This document shows, piece after piece, positions 58,442-64,000 of a stretch of DNA of 64,000 bases. The notes under the pieces were generated by a model that was not told the origin of the DNA, searched no databases, and saw only the letters and a list, made by a program, of their open reading frames with translations. Origin of the DNA: the human T2T-CHM13v2.0 reference genome, Homo sapiens; assembly GCF_009914755.1 (NCBI RefSeq), contig NC_060928.1. One strand, written 5' to 3'. Every line of letters begins with the position of its first letter. Position 1 is the first letter of the stretch. The position numbers and the translations under genes are program-made.

Positions 58442-59216
58442 AACAAGCCTTTTTAAAACCAATTTTCATGCCAGTTTTTCCTTCTGTTTACTATAAAACT
58501 TATTAAAAGAGCTTTTAAAAATTGATCTCTATAATTCATCTCCTTGCATTCTTTTTTTCAACCCACCCCTTTCAGTCTATTGTCAGCTGAATTTCACTAC
58601 AACTGCTATTATCAAGGTCACCATTGATCTCCAAATTGCTATATTCAAAGACCAATTTTTTCTGTCCTCATTTCATTTAACCTTTAATAAATCTTTGGTA
58701 AAGTTGACTATGTTCTTATACTTGAAGCACCTTGTCTTCTAGAACATAGCTTTTTAATTTCTACCTCTCTGAGCACTCAGTACACTTTGCTGGCTTTTCT
58801 ATAACTATTTGTAAAAATACCCCCTAGTATTAACTTTTGCTTATTTTTTTTAAATACCTATACTTCCCTCCTTGGTGATTTCATTAAATCTCCTTTCTTC
58901 AAAGAACTTTTACAGGCTGGTATCTGCAGTATGTATTTTCCTAACACTGACATCTTTATTAAATTCAAATTCTTATATTCATATGCCTATTCAGTATTTC
59001 AGAGTGATCTAATTCAGTATGTACAAAATAGAACTACTATTATTTACCCTAAATGTGTTGTTCTTGCAATTTTCCCGTACTAATAAATGAACATTTAAAA
59101 ACAAAATCCATATTTGATTATAGTCATATCTGATCATTATTAATACTTTCTTTGTTACTTTCTTTGTCCAACTACTGCTATCTCTAGACTAGCTTATTGC
59201 AAGAGCTTCCTAACTC

Positions 59217-59512
59217 TTTTTCCAAAAATTGAGACTGGGTCTTGCCCTGTTGCCCAGGCTGTAGCACAGTGGCATGATTATAGCTCACTGAAACCTTGAC
59301 CTTCTGGGCTCAAGCAATCCTCCCACCTCAGCCTCCTGAATAGCTGGGACTACAGGCATGTGATAGCACACTCGGCTAATTTGTAAAATTTTAGTGGTGA
59401 TGGGGTCTAACTATGTTGCTCAGGTTAGTCTCAAACTCCTGGCCTCAAGTGATATTCCTACTGTGGCCTCCCAAAGTGCTGGGATTACAGGCATGAGCCA
59501 CTGTGCCAGGCC
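59217..59512 (-). mobile_element. AluJ
   Basis: TAGCTCACTG...CTGGGCTCAAGCAATCCTCCCACCTCAGCC and CTATGTTGC, J-type diagnostics. Confidence 0.9.
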
Positions 59513-59671
59513 CATCTCTTAAATTACTGATGACTTTGCCTTCCTTACATATGTTTTCTGCAGAGGAACCAGAATGATTCTGTTAAATGCGAAACATATC
59601 TTGTGATTCATTTATTCAAAACTCTTAAATGTTTTCTCATCTCCCTTGGTAAAAGTCAGAGCTCTTATAAT

Positions 59672-60229
59672 TGTCAAAGCAAAACTGACACCAAAGTTAA
59701 ACTGGCAAGGAAGACTTCATTCAAAGCTATTGCAATAGAGGAGAGAGCCTGAACTCAATTCCAAGGAATTAAAGGTAAGAAGGTTTTTAAGCACTGTGGT
59801 TAGCTCATGGAAAATGTGCTAGAGAATGTTAAGCTATCTGTATTTGCTAATGGTCATCATTCAGGGAAATAGTAAGTTTCTCATATCTTCACGACAGCAG
59901 GTAGTTTTGCAACTTGGAACAAAACAATCACCAATGTTACGCTTCTACAACTCCTACAAAATTGGGCTATAGGAATGTTATTTTCCTTGATGGTTGTATT
60001 TCAAAATAATAGCTCACAAGTCCTTGAAGAAGACATTCCTGGTTATTTAAAATGGCAAGAAGCTCTATAAAAGGATTTTCACCTCAAAGGGCAGAGAAAG
60101 GATTTATAATTACAAGTTTCCTAAGTAAATAATCTAAGAAAAGAGAGCTCAAGAGCCTGAAAATTAGGAAGAAGACAGTCTAAATTTAAATCAAGTGGAA
60201 AAAAAGAAACTTTAAGACTGTTTTAGTCA
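59672..60229 (-). mobile_element. ERV1 solo LTR (MER67/MER31 group)
   Basis: TGTCAAAG...GGCAAGGAAGACTTCATTCAAAGCTATTGCAATAG...TTAGTCA; TSD TAAT/CAAT; subfamily uncertain. Confidence 0.7.
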
Positions 60230-61234
60230 CAATGATTTACAAAGCACGCGATTATAGTTTTTCACCTTACCTGTCTCATCTAATGTCTAACTGAACATTC
60301 TTTTACTCATTGTGCCTTACTGTTCCTTGAATACACCAAATGCATACTTCCCTAGGGTTTTTGTACTTACTGTTCCCTCTATCTGAAATGCTCATGGTCG
60401 AATATTTCCATAGATTGCATTTGTCTTTCTTTTGGTTTTTCCTTAGATGTTATCTTCTCAGTGAGATCCTCTCAAGTCAGTGCTATCTGAAATTGCATCC
60501 CTGACTTTTCCTAGTTCATTTACTTTTTATATTTTGCTCTTTATCACTGAATGTGCTACATATTCTAATTGTTTTCCTTTCTTTATATTTTTTATTTTTT
60601 ATAATTTTTAAGTTAATAGTGTTTAACTTTGATAATGTTAGAAGTATCTGCCTGTGTTGTTCATTACTATGTTGTCAGTGACTCTCACATCTGGGAATGT
60701 AATAGATATTTGATGAAAAAATGAATGAATGTGAAGAAGACAGACCTTGAGTTGAGATCTCTAGTTTAGGGTTCTAATCTTGTCAATTACTTGAATTTAA
60801 AAAACTTGCATAATTTACTAATTTTCTTTATTCATTTAAAATAAGAAGCATGACCTACAGAATCTCAAGTGACCTACTTATTCTTTTAACAATTTGTAGC
60901 ACTTAGTACCAAGATACCTTTTTATCATTTCACATATTTTAGCTTTTATTCTTCATCCTGTGTGTTGTTACTGTTATAGTCACTATATTATAAATGAGAA
61001 AATTGAGATATAACAATATGTGATTGAAGTCATATAACTAGTAAAAATGAGAAACTTGATTTGATACTACACTGTCAAGCTCCAAAGTATATGCTAAGTG
61101 ATGATTTTATGCGACTATACGGTTACATACTTTGATTTTTTTCTGAGTTAAATACTGTACTTTATTTCTTTTTACTATTAATATGAACATCAGTAGGTAT
61201 TCACTTAAAGTATCTACTATGAATATATAATGTG

Positions 61235-61415
61235 TGGGTTTACACATATTTGTATATACATATATACACATATAAATTTATGTATACAGTTACCTATATA
61301 TGTATACATTTGCTTTATATATACATTTACCTACATACATGTATATGTATATATATAGTAAATGTACATATATAAAATATGTGTAAATTATATATATATA
61401 TAAAGTAAATGTACA
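61235..61415. repeat. AT-rich (TA/TACA) low-complexity tract
   Basis: Direct reading. Confidence 0.85.
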
Positions 61416-62714
61416 TAGTCAAGTTGAATCCTACATTGAGTTTTGGAGAGTATAAAGTTATCTTAGAGTTTATCAATCCGAGAGATAAGTCAGCTGACTT
61501 TTCAAAATTCTACTCTGACAATCATTGGCTGCAGGATAAGCAAAGGAAAGGTAAAATCTCATGCACTTTGAAACCTCTGTGCATCAGTCTCATGAGTCTG
61601 AAACAACTCTAGTGGCTCCACGGATGTCTTCTGATAATGGTATGCTGCCATTCCTTAGAAGCTGAGGAATTGCCCAGAAATGCTAAAAGGAATCCATTGG
61701 AATAGATTTCTGTTGGAGATATCCAAATGAAAAAGTTCTGTTACTGTTTTTATTCAGAAGTCTCTATATACTATAGCATTTAGCATCCATATACTATAAT
61801 TATGGTATTTCTGTGTCATAGTGAGATCCTGGGAGAGGTTTTTATTATATTTTTATTATATGTCTCTGCTTCCACAGTATTGCTCATCTTTGAAAACTAG
61901 ACTTAATATTTCTAAAGACAGCATTTTACACTTTCAAAAATTGTTTTTGCCACAGTTTGTGAAGTGAAAAACAGGAAGTAGCATGTGACACTGAATAACT
62001 TAAAATCTGCTTTTGTCTCCTTAATACAAAGAGAAATGTCTATCAAATTTCAATTTTAGAGTTTACTTGCACTACTTTCTCAACCAATTTCACAGACAAG
62101 CAATTTTCCAGTGATGTCCCAAGTGGAAAAGTAAAATACTTTACCTTTTTTTTTTTGACAACTGGATAAAATCAGCTATCAGTGGCTTATCCATGATTAT
62201 TCCTAATTTTTTTCTGAATTTCCAGCTATATCCAGTAAAAACTACTTATACTTCCAACAATAAAGTACTACTGAGTGATTTGATCATTTGTGCCCTGTCT
62301 TCCCTAGAATTTCATTAAGTGGTTGAAGTTATTTTCCCACCATCGTGCAACGGAGTTAACTTTTCTTAAATAATATGGCACATTTACCTTTGTTTTCTTT
62401 GTAAAAATAGATATTTGACGACATAAGGTCTAGTATATCCTCACATATATCAATTCCAGAGGTCATGAATAACTAAAACTATAGATATTAATAAGTAAAC
62501 CAAACAATAAAAATCAAATACATAATTATAGACTACAAAAAATGGGTCGAGTAAACGAATATAATTATTTTCTTTTATTAGCTATAGAGTGAAACCACAT
62601 CTAATTTTAAAAACATTTATCTAATTTGCATACAATTTTCTCAATTCCAGTGTCTGGCAAACTATTTTTTTTGTACATAATTATATTAACAATTGCAACA
62701 CATGCATAACATTG

Positions 62715-63072
62715 TAAATTGACTTTTAGAGCGATTTTAGGTTTACAGAAAAATTAAACAGAAAGTGTAGAGTTTTAATATACTCTTTCCTGCCCATTTT
62801 TTCTTATTATTAACATTTTGAAGGGGTGTGGTAAACTTGCTAAAATTGATGAACCAATGTTGATACATATTATTGACATCAAGTCTATAGCTTAATTAGC
62901 ATCCGTCTCTGTGACATACAGTGTTATGCATAGTGTTATGAATTTGCCATTGTCGTATCATACAGAATAGTTTCACCACACTGAAAGTGCTTTGCATTCC
63001 ACCTGTTCAACCATTCTTCTGTCTCCCTTAACCCCTGGCAACCACTGATCTTTTTACTGTTGTCATAGTTGC
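62715..63072 (-). mobile_element. L1MC/MD-type 3'UTR fragment
   Basis: TTTTAGGTTTACAGAAAAATT...AATTGATGAACCAATGTTGATACATTATTATT...CCCTGGCAACCACTGATCTTTTTACTGT. Confidence 0.82.
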
Positions 63073-63629
63073 ACCTATTAATGTATCACATTTTCATTAA
63101 TGACTTTTACATTCTTTACATGCCTACAAATAAGTTGATCAAGGGAATTATTGACATCCTAAGGCTTTGATTTAAAGGCTGATTGTGACCCAGACTAAAA
63201 TGTTGTCTAGTCAGAAAATACGATTCATTTGTTTCCTTTTTCCCCTTCATGACTGGAGTCTTGGCCATAGGATACGTGTCTTGGTGAAAATTCCATGCAG
63301 TAGAAAGTAAAATAAAGATATGAAAACTTACTTGAGAAAAAACTAGGAAGTAAGAAACTATTTCCAGGAGACAGAAAACCAGCAGTGATTCAAGTCCTTG
63401 TGGAAGCCTGTCTAGTGAAACAAGATAGCAATGTGATGACTAAGAAAGCAAAACCATGGATGAATAAAAGAGGAAACAAGAAACGCATGTTTTTAAATCC
63501 AAAACACCAAAAGGAGGATTTTATCTGTAGACCAAATGAAAAAGGATGAGATGTACTGAATCATTTGTCTCTTACATGAAGAACTCATCTGTTTAGAGAT
63601 ACAGCGAATTGAATAAAAAACACTGATGG

Positions 63630-64000
63630 CACAGCTTCAAGATGGCTGACTAGATGCAGCTGGAAAGTGCCTCTCGTATGGGGAGAGACTGAGATTTCTA
63701 CTAAATCAACATAATTTGAAGAGATCTTCAGAAGGAAAAGACCAAATGTAAATGAAAAAAAGACACTGATTTCTAGGCAGAAGGGCAAGGATTCTGATAA
63801 CCCCGCATGGGGTTCCTGAATGCTAGGGCTGGCTCTTGGCCCCAAATGGCTCCTGGGGGAGGGGTGAGTGAAGAGACTGCCACTCTTGCCATAGACCTCT
63901 GGCATCCTAGCTCTAGGGGACCCAACAACCTCCATGGACGTTTGAGCCGGCAGAAGGAATCTCCTCTGAGATCAGACAGAGAGAGAGAGAGAGAGGGAGA
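63630..64000 (+). mobile_element. 5'UTR start of an old L1 (L1PB/L1M-type), running off the window
   Basis: CAAGATGGCTGACTAGATGCAGC, a typical L1 5' terminus with YY1 core, followed by GC-richer sequence. Confidence 0.65.

Overview
This is AT-rich primate genomic DNA, almost certainly human because it carries a diagnostic AluYb8. It is intergenic or deep intronic. I find no supportable protein-coding exon, RNA gene, CpG island or CRISPR array. The listed ORFs are repeat-derived (Alu, L1, THE1, LTR), low-complexity artefacts, or short AT-rich ORFs with no recognisable homology. The window is a layered transposon record: about 14 Alu pieces, several old L1 and L2 fragments, MIRs, hAT MITEs (two MER58A, one MER30), two LTR-internal-LTR THE1 elements, and many solo LTRs, many with identifiable target-site duplications (TSDs). 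I did not find a convincing new biological system. The most interesting items are: (1) an LTR10B-like LTR with apparent strand-specific G-to-A (APOBEC3-type) hypermutation, nested with an LTR1 inside an older LTR16; (2) a polyadenylated MLT1A-like LTR fragment retroposed into a younger THE1 internal region; (3) a ~260-bp AT-rich palindrome with a nearby ~110-bp templated duplicate; (4) a near-pristine 5'-truncated AluYb8; (5) several fold-back or tandem micro-rearrangements. Repeat family names come from my recall of consensus sequences, not from a database search. Boundaries of old elements are approximate.
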